From contig CP120454.1 in the NCBI GenBank assembly GCA_034226945.1, positions 1,542,226-1,562,225 on the forward strand: a stretch of DNA of 20,000 nt, written 5' to 3'. This stretch comes from Picochlorum sp. SENEW3 (Eukaryota). The stretch's first letter is position 1. The number at the start of each line of letters is the position of its first letter. The position numbers were made by a program, and so were the translations under genes. Below, one piece after another: positions 1 through 11,249 of this stretch. Under the pieces are notes generated by a model. It was not told the DNA's origin. It did no database searches and saw only the letters and a program-made list of their open reading frames with translations.

Positions 1-75
1 ACGCTGCAGTGCCCATTTCAAAGGTGACAGTCTTTTGTGCTTTTGGGCGGAATCAATTTATCTTGACACTGTGGA

Positions 76-90
76 TTACATACTTTTACA
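76..90 (-). promoter_or_regulatory. Two TGTAA poly(A) signals downstream of the NUP205 stop
   Basis: TTACA on + at 76-80 and 86-90 (TGTAA on -), 30-45 nt after the stop. UGUAA is the known chlorophyte polyadenylation signal. Confidence 0.55.
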
Positions 91-119
91 CGGATGCACA
101 ATGATATTCATTTATTATT

Positions 120-3100
120 CTATTGATTGAAGCCATATAATTGTGCTTTCGTTTTGCGCAGCAAGACTGCGAATGAGTCGGCATCTCCAGGGAGCTGCTC
201 CTTGTCAATGAGTTGTTCCAGATTGGCTATTGCCGGGCCACACAGTCTCCTGAGTTTGTCAAGGTCTCCACTCGATATGGAGGATGACGAAGAACCGCTC
301 ATGGCCACGTACATGGAAGCAAGCACGTGCTCCATCAACCTGATCAGCACAGACAATTGCTTCTTCAGAAGAGTTGCACTCTTGGATCCATGTAGTTGGT
401 CCAGCACGCGTGGCAAATCATACATGGCCGACTGATACAATGCATCTTTCAGAGAGAAGAGCATTGACGTGACTTCAACACTGCCTTTGCTTGTCCAAGG
501 TGGAGAAGACGGCGTCTCCTGGACTTGGGCCAGCCAGATGCGAGTATACATGGCCAAGGAGCTCCTCAGGTCCATCAACCTGCAATCACAGAAAACTCTC
601 AGCATGAGCGACATGTTCATGAAGTAATCCAATGGAAGACGTACGCTTTGTGCGCCCTCTCTGCGCCAACATCGCCCTTGTCTGATGATATGTAGTCTTG
701 AATTCCAGAAATCATGGGACTATGGCTCTGAGAGTTGAGGAGGAACATTCTGGATGACAGATCCAATACACTTTCATGCAAGGCAAAATGAAGCATAAGA
801 TGTGGATATTTGGCACCAGCGATAGCCAGGATGGTGCAAATCTGGACAACCAAGTTGGCTTCCTCCAATTCTTTGGTTCCAACCTCCCATCCAATCGCAG
901 CGCTGCTGGATCCACACTCTTTAAGTATCCTATCAATTAGTTGGGGATGTGATCTCATGAATTCGTGAGCCTGCGTCAGTACGCCCTCGCTTTCTCCGAG
1001 CGTGCTGATGATTGACAAGATGACCCTCAAACTTGGGCTGATGAATTGGTGTAAATACTGCCTTGTCACACCCACTCCCTGAACTAAAGAGGCAGCCACT
1101 CCTGATTTTTCTGGAAGCAAATCAAACAGTCTGCAAGCAATAAATACCTTGATCGTCTGATGCGAGAGCATTTTTTGTACTGAAGCGCAGCGAGCTTGGC
1201 CCTGTCCTGCAAGCGTCAAGTTCAAGAGAAAATCCACACGCGCTTGGTGGAACAAGGCTGTGGCTCTGCTCGATGGTAAGGAGCTGGCCAACTGCTTGGG
1301 GTCTGCTATTTTTAGATCATGAAGGACCTTAGACGGCAAAGGAGAAGCATGGATTGCGGCTGCAACACCTGTTGTTGGATCATAGGAGAGGAGTGCAGAC
1401 AGGGCCATCAAGCCATTGGTAGCTACTGACGCCGAGGATGATATCGAATCGCCAATGATTGGCTGTAGGCTCCTCATATGTTGGTACAATGTATTTATCG
1501 ATGCCTCTCTCATGTCGGGACTCAGAGCCTTGCTGTTCCTGCTCAAATCCAAGTAAATAGCTAACGTGTTGTACATCGACATCCTCAAACTCTCATGCTG
1601 CCTTGATTTCCAAATGATTTCCATCAGTTTCCCCAGGAGTGTCGTCGATACCAAGTTCAAAACCTGTGTGCTCGAGAAACTGACGTCGTGCAGTCTCGAG
1701 ACCATTGCCTCCAGAGAAATTCCTAAACTGTGGGCTGCTCGAGGGCAGGCACATTCCAAAGCACCCATGATAACATTGGTGCAATCTTGAATGGCCATTG
1801 CTATATATTGTGCAATTATATGGCTGCTGCCACATGCCTCCACAACAGTCTCATACTTCTTTGATACTACTGCCAGGATGACAGCCTGGCAGCCACTCAT
1901 GAGGGAGCAGAGGCCTCCCGTGTATTCTGTAAAATGGTTGAGATCTGCTGCCTGATTCAGCGCATGCCTCCCAGCCTCCTTCAGGCTTTCGACAAGATCT
2001 CCATGACTACTGATTGCTACAAAATATCTCTGCAAAAGTTGATCCTTCAGAGCAGCCATGTCGATGACAATATCTCCTCTCCATGTGTTCACAAATGCTG
2101 CACCTTCGCCTTGCTCCAGCACTTTTGGATGAAGTAAAGACTCCACATCCAACAAGTCGAGCATTTTCCTCGCAGAGGCAGACAGGCTATCTCCCAGCCA
2201 GGGCTCACGAGGCACGCTTGCCAAGATGTCCCAAATCATGTGTGCTAAACTGCTAAACATTTGGTTCTTTGCAGCTACCATCTCTATATCACCCCTCACG
2301 CGGAAGAGTGATTTTATAAGGTCTATTATGCTCCGTTTCGTCGACAAAGATTCGATGTCTGCAACGAAAATCTCTGTTGCCAGGATTTGGAGTAACCATG
2401 CCCTATGATACATGGATGATACCTGACTTGCCCTCTGAGGTGGCAAGGGAGTGAACAGAATATTTGGAATCAAAGATACCAGGCCATTATGAGACGAGAA
2501 CAGATAATGCACAAAGTACTGACCTGCAAGGAAAATGAACAAGTTTGTCATGCAGAAAAGGGCGGCATATAGTTTTGGCAATGCAAACACGCACTTGTCT
2601 CGGGCGTTTCTGATAGATAATACACGACTTGTAGACATTTTTCGTACAGCTGAGGCCTGGAAGAGGAAGCAGTCGAACATGTAATGATGTCGAGAATGTC
2701 CTTCAGTGGGGAACTAGAAAAACTTGGATTTTCCAGTGACATATAGTCCATTCCGGCACACACTTCAAAGCCACAGATGTACTGCCCGAAATTAGACGGT
2801 ATTTCAGATTTGAGTGAGTCTAGAATAATATCTAGCGCCAGCTGGGCACAATCGTCCTCCGCACCATGATGGCTGGCCTCTGGGGTAGAATTTGCACTTC
2901 TCAAAATGGTGCTGTAGCCACTTTGGAGATTGCTCTTTATCGATGTGCCTTCGGGAGGACGAATGGATTCAAGTTTGCTGACAATATTTGGGATTCGTTG
3001 AATGAGGCTCTGGGAGACAAGCAGCGCTTCCTTTCTCAGCTTACTGTCCCATGAGAACCTGCAGTAGTCTAGAATTCTGGGGATCCTTTCCCTATCGTGA

Positions 3101-5728
3101 AGCAGCACTGTTTCCAGCGGACTGTAGGATTTGCCCAAAAATCTGCTTTGCTTGATTTCGATGAACTCCTGATCCACCTCCATGGCATAGGATACCAATC
3201 TCAAAGCCTCTGTGACTGTGTCAGCCTTGTAGGCTGCCAGTGACCCCTCCCTGAACTGCTCTGACAGCCAATCAGTCCCCAGCGATAATGTGAAATTCAC
3301 AACGCGAAACAGGTTCCTATTCTCTAGGAGATCCGTTAACACGTACTCCCCTGGAGTCATGGTCCCTTCCTCCAGGGAAATAGCTGCTGGCAACGATTCC
3401 AAACAGAGGCGACAATGCAACAAACACTGACTCATCAACTGCCAGCGCTCTCTCTCGAACTTGAAAGAGCGTTGATAAATACTAGATACAATCTCTTCCA
3501 ATACAAACCTCGTGAAGTGTCCGTATTTTGCTCCTCCATCTACAAACGTCTTTGAATTCTCCCACAGGGCATTCAGCAGCTCAACAAATGCAATCGCTTC
3601 CTCGTATTCCTCTGCGCGTGCCTCTATCTCATTCAGCTGATATGTCAAGTCGTATTTTACTGGAACAGGCTTGCGTCCCTCGCGTTGCAGTGAATCTTTC
3701 CTCACCACAACGGCTCCAAGGAGCCTCTCCCACAGGGGCACCACGAGCACCTGGTGCCTAGCCAGGGAGGCAATGGCCTTATCTAACATAGCCTTTAACT
3801 TTTGTGGAACAGGGCAGCACATCGCTTCAAATAAAATGTCCCAGCTTGGCGACACACCAGCTTCCTCTTCCAAAGCCTGCAGCCAGGATAACACTTCCTC
3901 TGGAGGACCATGTGCCATGACTTGCCTGCAGAGACGCGTTGGTATCAAGTTTAACGAGCATTTATATCACTCTTTGATAAAAAGAACCATGACATACCTA
4001 AAGACATTAACAAACGCACAAAGCCCATTGGTTTCGTCCTCTGGCAAGACAAGCGAGCTCACTGGCTGCTGAACTTCAGACCTAGCTGCGTTCCCGTATA
4101 TCTGAATCATAGACTTCAGGGTCGAGAAGAGCTTATGCCACGCCACAAAGGGCGAGGTATTCTTATCATGTAAACTATGGAAGACTGTACAAGCCCCTTG
4201 TTGTGTGCTTGCCAATGCTGAAAGAATTGCCATGTGCCCAATGAAGACAGGAGGAATTAACATGAGATGTTCGTCAGTCCCCACAGCACGTAGAAACTTT
4301 GCAATGTACTCTTGCGATGCTTCAACTAGGCTAAAGCGGCCATCTAGGCATGATGCCCACAGATGCAATAGACTTGCCAAATCATCAGCCGGGAAATTCT
4401 CATCCCTTTCACCATTGTCAGCCTTGGCCCGGCTTGCTACGGCATTGTGTTTGCTGGATTTCACCAGCCACGACACAGGACTTTTTGACTCCTCGCTGAT
4501 TCCCTCTGACACATCTATTGATAATAGAACAAACTGATAGACTGTCGAGGCAACAGTGAACTCCATCACCTCGTCAAGCTGACCTTCATAAAAAAATAAC
4601 TGCTTCATGTGCCCAAACACTCCTCTAGAGAGGGCCTGGATAGCCCTGTTTGATGCTTCTTGGTCATTTTGCTCGAAGAAAAGACCAATCACTGCCTGCA
4701 CCATTTGAATGATTGCCACAAAAGGAGAGTTTGATTTGTCGTACGACGTCACAAACTGATTCAACTTGGTCTTCAGCCCATGGTCCTTTAGAGTTGACTG
4801 GAGTCTGGCACAGTCATCCTCCTTCATCTCATCGTTCTCAACCTCCTGAGGCAGCAATGTCAACATTATAGCTATGACTATAAAACTAGCATGCATATTC
4901 ATGGATACTATGCTGTGAGCTGCATCATGCTGCATCAGATCATTGAGAAGATCAAGCAAGTCTCCAATGTCCAAGGGCGCCATCCGCTGATTGATACAGC
5001 ATGCATACACCAAACATTCACACAACTGCAAGGACTCCTTATACATGCATTCTGCCCGTGTCTCATACATGGAGTTTTCTATGTACATCAATTTGCTGTG
5101 CAAAACATCCTTCATGGCAGATGTGGATTCCTTGATCTGTCTGCAGATGTTCTTGACCAAAAGCCCACTTCCATCCTCCCTTTCCTTCAGCATGCCCACG
5201 TTGAAATCCTCGACAATCCCAAACATCTCATCATCGATAGATCCATACCCGCTCACCTGTGTGATCAGAAGGGTCGCTAGGCAATTGACTGCGGCAGCTC
5301 TCTTTCCATAAAACTCTCCAGCAGCTGCAGCTGCAGACACTTTTCCTGTCTTCCTGAGGGCTTCCTCTATCAGATCGACGCATTCGATTTCATTTAAATT
5401 TAATTCATCAGACAAAAGGATGATTTGCTGAATGTCGGGCTCCGGGTCGAGCGTCCTTACGCCAGTCTTTGTCGCAATTTTGCCACTCTCGACTGCCTGT
5501 CGCGCCTGAGTATCCCTCGCCTGCACGCAAGATACCAGTACTTGCATGTCATTTACATTCACCGATTCATAGTGTACACAGACGTGGCCATACCTTGTGT
5601 TTCAAAGGGTCAAGCAGAGCAGTCTTGATCTCCGCGAGATACTCCCTCAACTCGCCAGCATCGACATTCCCCGCCAAAGCAGTCTCTATAAATTGCAATG
5701 ATGAAATATCCAGGGGAAATGAGTCCAT
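120..5728 (-). CDS. NUP205: Nuclear pore complex protein Nup205 (Nup192 family); predicted exons 5728-5594, 5520-3998, 3925-2595, 2523-645, 579-120 (~1775 aa)
   Basis: Five minus-strand ORFs join in frame through four GT-AG introns with matching phases: 5593-5521 (73 bp, GTATGG..TGCAG), 3997-3926 (72 bp, GTATGT..TGCAG), 2594-2524 (71 bp, GTGCGT..TGCAG), 644-580 (65 bp, GTACGT..TGCAG). Exon sum is 5328 nt = 1776 codons. Motifs LSDELNLNEIECVDLI and YQLNEIEARAEEYEEAIAFVELLNAL resemble the plant Nup205 N-terminal and central conserved blocks as I recall them. Size and alpha-helical composition fit. Confidence 0.88.
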
Positions 5729-6163
5729 CTGGTCGCCCTCTGAAATCAGCCTTGCGATGCCTGCAACAGACACAAGTTGCTCACGCTCGTTTCCACAACG
5801 CCCCCGAGAAGAAATGTCGCCGCTCTGTACAAATGCGTGAGGAATTGTATACCATTATGTAAATTATTGCTCAATCGATGGCTGCTTCAGTCGTACAGCA
5901 GTGTTTCCACGATTCCCAACAGACGAACTGAAGGCATCTCTGCTGTCCAACGTTGCCTTTCCAGAGACACCCGCCATGGGAAACACCACATTTCCCATAG
6001 GCAGCAGGGACATAGCAATCCTGGCAGTCTTGGCGGGAGAGCCCTTGATATATCGTCCTATATTTCATGTGAACCCTCTTTCTCGGGTATAGGCAGTAGT
6101 TCATCTGCAACCTTTCATGGTTGAGGGCATTTCGAAGACTGCTAGTCACGCGTAGTTTCCCGC
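5729..6163. promoter_or_regulatory. Probable bidirectional promoter/5'UTR region between divergent genes
   Basis: 435 bp separate the NUP205 ATG (5728, -) from the ATG at 6164 (+). Inferred from geometry only. Confidence 0.45.
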
Positions 6164-7189
6164 ATGACGCCTATGAACACCAGCACCCCTCGTGGAGCTA
6201 CTTATGTCGATCCAACGGCCAATATAGTTCCACGAGATCACATCGGGAGTCATAGGCGGAGGCAGGAGCACACAGTGGGTAGGAGAACCGCAATCGCCCT
6301 GGGCCCCGTCATGGTTGCGAATCTCGCATTATGTGGTACCTCTAAAGCACAAGAGACTGGTCCATTCTTGGAGGTGAAGAGAGATTTGCCATTTCTCAGC
6401 AGGCCCCCCGAACCGGTACAGATACCGAGGAGAGCTCTTCAGGCTGATTTCGCAGTGGCACTGCTGCGGAGTGGATACGAGACGGCCGATTCGATGGATT
6501 TCGTTCCAATGGATAAGTTTCAGCAAGAATTTTGGTTGACGAGGAGGGCAGAATGGGAGCCATACAAAATGCTGTATGATCCCATTGTCGTTGAACAGGG
6601 AAAAATTTCAGACCCTCTCTACTTTGACTTCATCAGTGCGATGCAGTTTTCCACGTTGTCGAACGAGATGAGGAATGGAAATCAAGTATTCAAGGAATAC
6701 TGTGAGGAATGTGAAGACTCGTATCGATTGATTACTCGAGATCCATCACTCATGGATAATGCAAAGTTACCATTTGCATTTTACAATCGTCTTGGTGCCC
6801 GATTGCTCCTCAAACTGATGGATATGGAAGATTTTCGAGACATATTATTGACGAGTATTGAACGCTTGAAACAAAGTGGGGGAGCTTCGTCGGATGTGCT
6901 CGAGTGCTCAAGGAATATTTTGGAGTATTTTGTGTCCAAAGGATATGCCATCAGTTCTCAGATTGGCTCCATCGATGAAGCACAGGATGGATCACTAAAT
7001 TTCACAGTCAAGTCCAATGGACCGGCTGACTTGTGGGCGCTTCAATACTGCAGCAGCCACGGATCGGATATCCTTCCTCTGTATGATGTGATGGTCTTGT
7101 CGCATGTCATACAACTATGCGGCAAGAAGCCTTCGTGTTCCGTGCAGTGGACGACAACGACGCTAACGCAGGGGTGGAAGGTTGTATAG
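6164..7189 (+). CDS. Uncharacterised 341-aa protein, possibly plastid/thylakoid targeted
   Basis: Intronless ATG-TAG ORF with normal globular composition. The N-terminus is T/R-rich, then RRTAIALG plus a hydrophobic stretch and SKA-Q, resembling a twin-arginine lumen signal. The aromatic core (RSGYETADSMDFVPMDKFQQEFW..DPLYFDFIS) looks conserved. TGTAA follows at 7220-7224 and 7287-7291. Confidence 0.8.
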   Translation: MTPMNTSTPRGATYVDPTANIVPRDHIGSHRRRQEHTVGRRTAIALGPVMVANLALCGTSKAQETGPFLEVKRDLPFLSRPPEPVQIPRRALQADFAVALLRSGYETADSMDFVPMDKFQQEFWLTRRAEWEPYKMLYDPIVVEQGKISDPLYFDFISAMQFSTLSNEMRNGNQVFKEYCEECEDSYRLITRDPSLMDNAKLPFAFYNRLGARLLLKLMDMEDFRDILLTSIERLKQSGGASSDVLECSRNILEYFVSKGYAISSQIGSIDEAQDGSLNFTVKSNGPADLWALQYCSSHGSDILPLYDVMVLSHVIQLCGKKPSCSVQWTTTTLTQGWKVV

Positions 7190-7315
7190 GAGGACCGTAA
7201 TAATTTGTTAAACGAATCGTGTAACTCTATCTATCACTAATACCTTTAGTGCTATCCGAGAGAGGTTGCTTCTATGAGATCACAAGTGTAATTTGGTCAG
7301 AGCTGCATTAACTCA

Positions 7316-7969
7316 CTATGCAATCACGAGGCCGGCAGCAGATACCATCAGGGCAGTCACGATTCCAGCAATCATGCTGCCTGATCCAGCAGTGGCTTCT
7401 GGCTCAGTTGAGGGTGCTGCGTCTTCTGGTGCAGCAGGGGCCATGGCAGCTGGCGTAACCTCCGTGGTAGCTGCAGGCGTCACTGCAGCAACGTCCTCCA
7501 TTGTCAGAGACGGTGGAACTGGAAGAGGATTCTCTTCCAACTCGGCGGCAAGTTTTTCAGCCTCGGCATCCTTTGCATCTGCATAGTCAGAGTCCTCCTC
7601 AGATACGTCATCCCCAAGTCCCTCAATACCATCATCCTTGGCACATGTGCAGACTGGTTTGTCATTCTTGCAGTCAAAGCCTTCAATCTGGGACACTGCT
7701 CCACACTCTTCGGCACAAGCCTCGGAGAGATCCTCCCCACCGCACAGAGTTGGGGCATCGATGTTTGTATTCTCAATGTCTCCGGCTGCATTCAGACAGA
7801 AGCAACTGGGACCAGTAGCAGAGCATTCAACATCCTTAAGAGTGCTATCGCCGCATTCAGTTTCGCAAAACGCCATGAGGTCAGGCACGTCATTGCACGA
7901 CAGTGTTTCCTGGCTTCGAGCGCCAACGGAAAGGGCGAGCAATGCAATGCAGGTGGCCTTGAGATACAT
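7316..7969 (-). CDS. Secreted Cys-rich cell-surface protein, probably GPI-anchored (217 aa)
   Basis: Likely start is ATG 7969 (MYLKATCIALLALSVGARS, a signal peptide). It is followed by two 6-Cys repeats, an acidic then Pro/Ala/Thr-rich stalk, a small-residue spacer (AGSGS) and a C-terminal hydrophobic tail with no cytoplasmic extension. Confidence 0.8.
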   Translation of the reverse strand: MYLKATCIALLALSVGARSQETLSCNDVPDLMAFCETECGDSTLKDVECSATGPSCFCLNAAGDIENTNIDAPTLCGGEDLSEACAEECGAVSQIEGFDCKNDKPVCTCAKDDGIEGLGDDVSEEDSDYADAKDAEAEKLAAELEENPLPVPPSLTMEDVAAVTPAATTEVTPAAMAPAAPEDAAPSTEPEATAGSGSMIAGIVTALMVSAAGLVIA

Positions 7970-8427
7970 GGTGGGTATAATAAGTCTGCATATAAATTTT
8001 TTTGCAGTGAAAACGACGTAGAAGACCATTCCGCCTCAGCAGAGACGCCAACTGACCAAGAGCCATGTGAGGATCTGGATAACAACCTGCAGGTCCTCCT
8101 TCCATTAGGAGGAGATGGACCAAGATTGGCACTTTATAACACATACCTGAATATTTTGGAGAATTCTGTAAAGAAAAGTTTGAGTTTAATCGTGAGAATA
8201 TGATAACGCGTCTGGTCGGGTAACCGCCTGCTGTGAAGGAGCGAGATGCGATGTATGCTCCCATCAAAGGCGACGTTGAGTAGTCTGGAGTGGAGGCCCG
8301 ACGATTTCGTCGCCATACTGAACTCATCGGTCCAACAGAACGTTGGACCGGAGCCCTTTTGTAACCGAGTACTTCTGTAGCCGAACACACACAATTAAAG
8401 GTCCTGAGGATGGTCTTTAAGCAATAC

Positions 8428-8765
8428 TGTAACAGCATGTCGCCAGTGTGGTTCTGGACTTCCTTCCAGAGTGACACGGCATGCTGCCATCATGCGCTCG
8501 CCAGCCGTTGCCGACAGAGAGCGTTCAACCTTCACACGCAGTGAGGTTCGACTACAGTGTGGATTGCATAGCAATTAATCATACAGTGGGTATCTCTCAT
8601 ATTCACTAAAAGTACTCGAATTAGAAGTTACATGAGAGGTAATAATGACCCTCATTATATGAAATGACAGCGATTGTGACGAGGATGATAGATCTCTTCC
8701 AGGATCTCATCATCCTAGATTTTTCCTAGAAATCCACTCCTGCAAGGACGCAGCTCTCTGCTACA
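8428..8765 (-). repeat. 3' LTR of the non-autonomous element (338 bp)
   Basis: Direct repeat of 10308-10645. On the minus strand it reads TGTAGCAG...CTGTTACA and is preceded by the PPT-like TTGGCCGGCAGGAAT. Confidence 0.95.
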
Positions 8766-8780
8766 ATTCCTGCCGGCCAA
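8766..8780 (-). other. Polypurine-tract-like site of the non-autonomous element
   Basis: TTGGCCGGCAGGAAT directly upstream of the 3' LTR. 8766-8806 matches 16135-16175 of the Pol element. Confidence 0.7.
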
Positions 8781-8899
8781 GAACAAACCAAATGTCCTCA
8801 TTTGGAATATATCTCTCGATGACATAATGCAACACTCCTTGTTAAAAGAGCAGACTATTCAGCATCAAGTTGGTGGCATGCATCCAATCATCACTCGCT

Positions 8900-9692
8900 G
8901 TGCAAATTTATTTTCTTCTTGCTCTGCCCACATTTGCAAAACATGAAGATCCCTTTTCAGAATGTTCAACGAATAGAACACTTTGGACACAATCGGGTGG
9001 CTGTTCACGTCGAGCACTCACATGAACCATACATATGTCTTCCACGCCCAAGGCAGTTTGGCATATCTGCATCAATTCTTAGCAGACAGCAGCAATTCAT
9101 CTCCCTGGCATGCAGATCTCTCTCGATTGGTCCCTTCGATAATACAGACATGATTGCATAACACAAACTGGCACCTCGTGTTTTCAATCAATGCTGGCCT
9201 AAACTCAATGTTGTTCCAGGGTGCCACTCGGAGTGATACATTTCTCACACTCCAGAGTTCCATTTTGCACAATCCTCAAAGAACAATTTAGGACTTGATC
9301 AATACTCCTTCCAGATGACCTCTCTGGAAGCTTGAGAACTAGTGGTCGACCGGTCGTCACATTCAATCCACTAGTACTGGTGAGGAAATTCTCAGCCACG
9401 AAGTTTTCCTCGGCGCCCGAATCCATCAAAATCTGCACTCTATATTCTTTGATGTAGTCGAAGAAAGAGAATATCAACCCTTTATCAGCTTTCTTCGACT
9501 CCTGGAGATAACATAAATCTCGATCCTTAGAAACACAGTCCCCAAAATGAACACCAGCTTTGGTCAGAGCGGCCGTACTGTGCGATTCCTCAACAATCTT
9601 CCTTGTTACTATTGGATTCCAGGGGTGGTCCAGGCGTTTGTTGAATACAATCCCCTGTTCCTGATCGATCTCCAGATCCATTTGTTGTGAGT
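8900..9692 (-). pseudogene. Frameshifted aspartic protease/pre-RT remnant
   Basis: Homologous to ~12470-13260. It keeps ILMDSGAEENFV (DSGA near 9412-9426), but the homology is spread over at least three frames (ORFs 9205-9726, 9072-9272, 9005-9187) and stops before RT. Confidence 0.9.
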
Positions 9693-10295
9693 TCCCCCAT
9701 GGCACGAAAGTGGGTACTCCAACCAAACAAGTGAGAAATTAATGTCTCAAGTCTTCTTGCGGAGCAGCAGCTGGACCTCCCTCAACACTAGGGTTCTCCT
9801 TGTTGTTGCTACTCCAGGTTCCTCCTCAGGGACTCGGAAAACGATTCAAAAATATTATCTCATCAAGGTTGACTTGCTGAACAACTAATCAAAGTACTTT
9901 GTGAACGGAGAGAACGATACCTTTTTCACTGCTCCCTTCGGGCACGTGACATGTATCTCACCCACAACCACTGTCCGTATTATTCGAACTAGTGTATGTA
10001 TGATTAGCCGTTTTGACGAAATAGAATGTTTTCCGAATGACCTACCCCAAGAACGAGGCTCACTCTTCTGCATCAGATGGCGGCGGAGCGCGTGCCACCC
10101 ACGCGTTTGCATGGTCCAAGATCATGCACGTGGCCCAGCACGTGCCAGACTGATGCACGTGTCCCAAACGCGTTTATGAGACGCGCCTGGCACGTGTCCG
10201 ACGCCGAGTAGAGACGTTCCCAGTTTCTCAAACGGTTGCGCAGAAACATTCTAAACCAGCCAAAACAAGCACACAATACTTAAAGTATTTTAAAG

Positions 10296-10306
10296 AGCTG
10301 AAACCA
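10296..10306 (-). other. Primer-binding-site-like sequence
   Basis: TGGTTTCAGCT begins 1 nt after the 5' LTR. It matches the iMet-type TGGTATCAG at 8 of 9 positions and then diverges. Confidence 0.6.
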
Positions 10307-10307
10307 A

Positions 10308-10645
10308 TGTAACAGCATGTCGCCAGTGTGGTTCTGGACTTCCTTCCAGAGTGACACGGCATGCTGCCATCATGCGCTCGCCAGCCGTTGCCGACAGAGA
10401 GCGTTCAACCTTCACACGCAGTGAGGTTCGACTACAGTGTGGATTGCATAGCAATTAATCATACAGTGGGTATCTCTCATATTCACTAAAAGTACTCGAA
10501 TTAGAAGTTACATGAGAGGTAATAATGACCCTCATTATATGAAATGACAGCGATTGTGACGAGGATGATAGATCTCTTCCAGGATCTCATCATCCTAGAT
10601 TTTTCCTAGAAATCCACTCCTGCAAGGACGCAGCTCTCTGCTACA
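10308..10645 (-). repeat. 5' LTR of the non-autonomous element (338 bp)
   Basis: Direct repeat of 8428-8765, followed on the minus strand by the PBS-like TGG site. Confidence 0.95.
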
Positions 10646-11249
10646 AATACCCAGAAGTACTGTTCGGCAGTGTGGCAGGCCTTCTAGGTGATATCTTGTG
10701 TATCCTCCCAATCTGGGCTTTGTCTGGCCCACACTGCGTATCTGAGAACTGTTGTTGTTGGTCGCTTGCTGCCGTTTTTGCTGGGTCTTCCGAGCTGATG
10801 GTGCGAGTGCTCTCTTTGACTGTATACTTGTACATACCAGTATCATTGAACCTGTCAAACGGTTTTCGGGGTCTTTGATAGCCTAAAACACCTCCGATCT
10901 CGCCGTTTAAATTATTAAAAGATACATCTTTTCATTATGCATCCAATGGTATCCTTATCTGGAATATTCTATTTCGTTAAGGTGCCGAAAACGGCGTCAC
11001 AAAAAAAAGGCGCCACAAAGTGTCCCGGGTATAGGGATCAGTGTAGGGTATCAACCTCCATGGTCAGTTTCTCCTCCACAGGGCATTTTTCGCGCCCCAA
11101 AATTTGCACAGAGCATATACATACCACTATTATTCCTTTACAAAGGTTTCAGAGCTCGATTGAACACAGAAAGGGCATTTCTCGCAGCATGTCAAAATAT
11201 GTTGACGTGGCAAGGTGACAGACACCCTTTCAGTGGGCATTTTTCTCCG

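Larger units (their letters stand above)
8428..10645 (-). mobile_element. Non-autonomous, internally deleted Ty3/gypsy LTR retrotransposon (2218 bp)
   Basis: Two 338-bp LTRs (TG..CA) that read as identical, TSD AATAC at 8423-8427 and 10646-10650, a PBS-like and a PPT-like site, and a decayed protease region homologous to the element at 12102-16471. No RT/RH/IN and no Gag ORF. Confidence 0.95.
7890..10835 (-). pseudogene. Possible 240-codon ORF interrupted by the LTR element at 8428-10645
   Basis: Removing the element and one TSD copy fuses ORF 10835-10647 (MYKY..STSGY) in frame with 8423-7890 (CLKTILR..VVQ). No recognisable homology, so it may be fortuitous. Confidence 0.3.

Noticed and set aside
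120..5773. Five separate minus-strand genes or a frameshifted pseudogene
   Set aside because: Each break has a phase-compatible GT-AG intron of 65-73 bp, so they are exons of one gene.
8299..8350. Small hairpins (CGACG-ATTT-CGTCG; CGGTCCAAC-AGAAC-GTTGGACCG) as ncRNA or Helitron end
   Set aside because: Short stems with no tRNA/snRNA features and no adjacent CTRR terminus. Plausible by chance.
9700..10295. gag gene in the non-autonomous element
   Set aside because: Only short ORFs (<100 aa) with no capsid or CCHC motif. Highly decayed gag cannot be excluded without a profile search.
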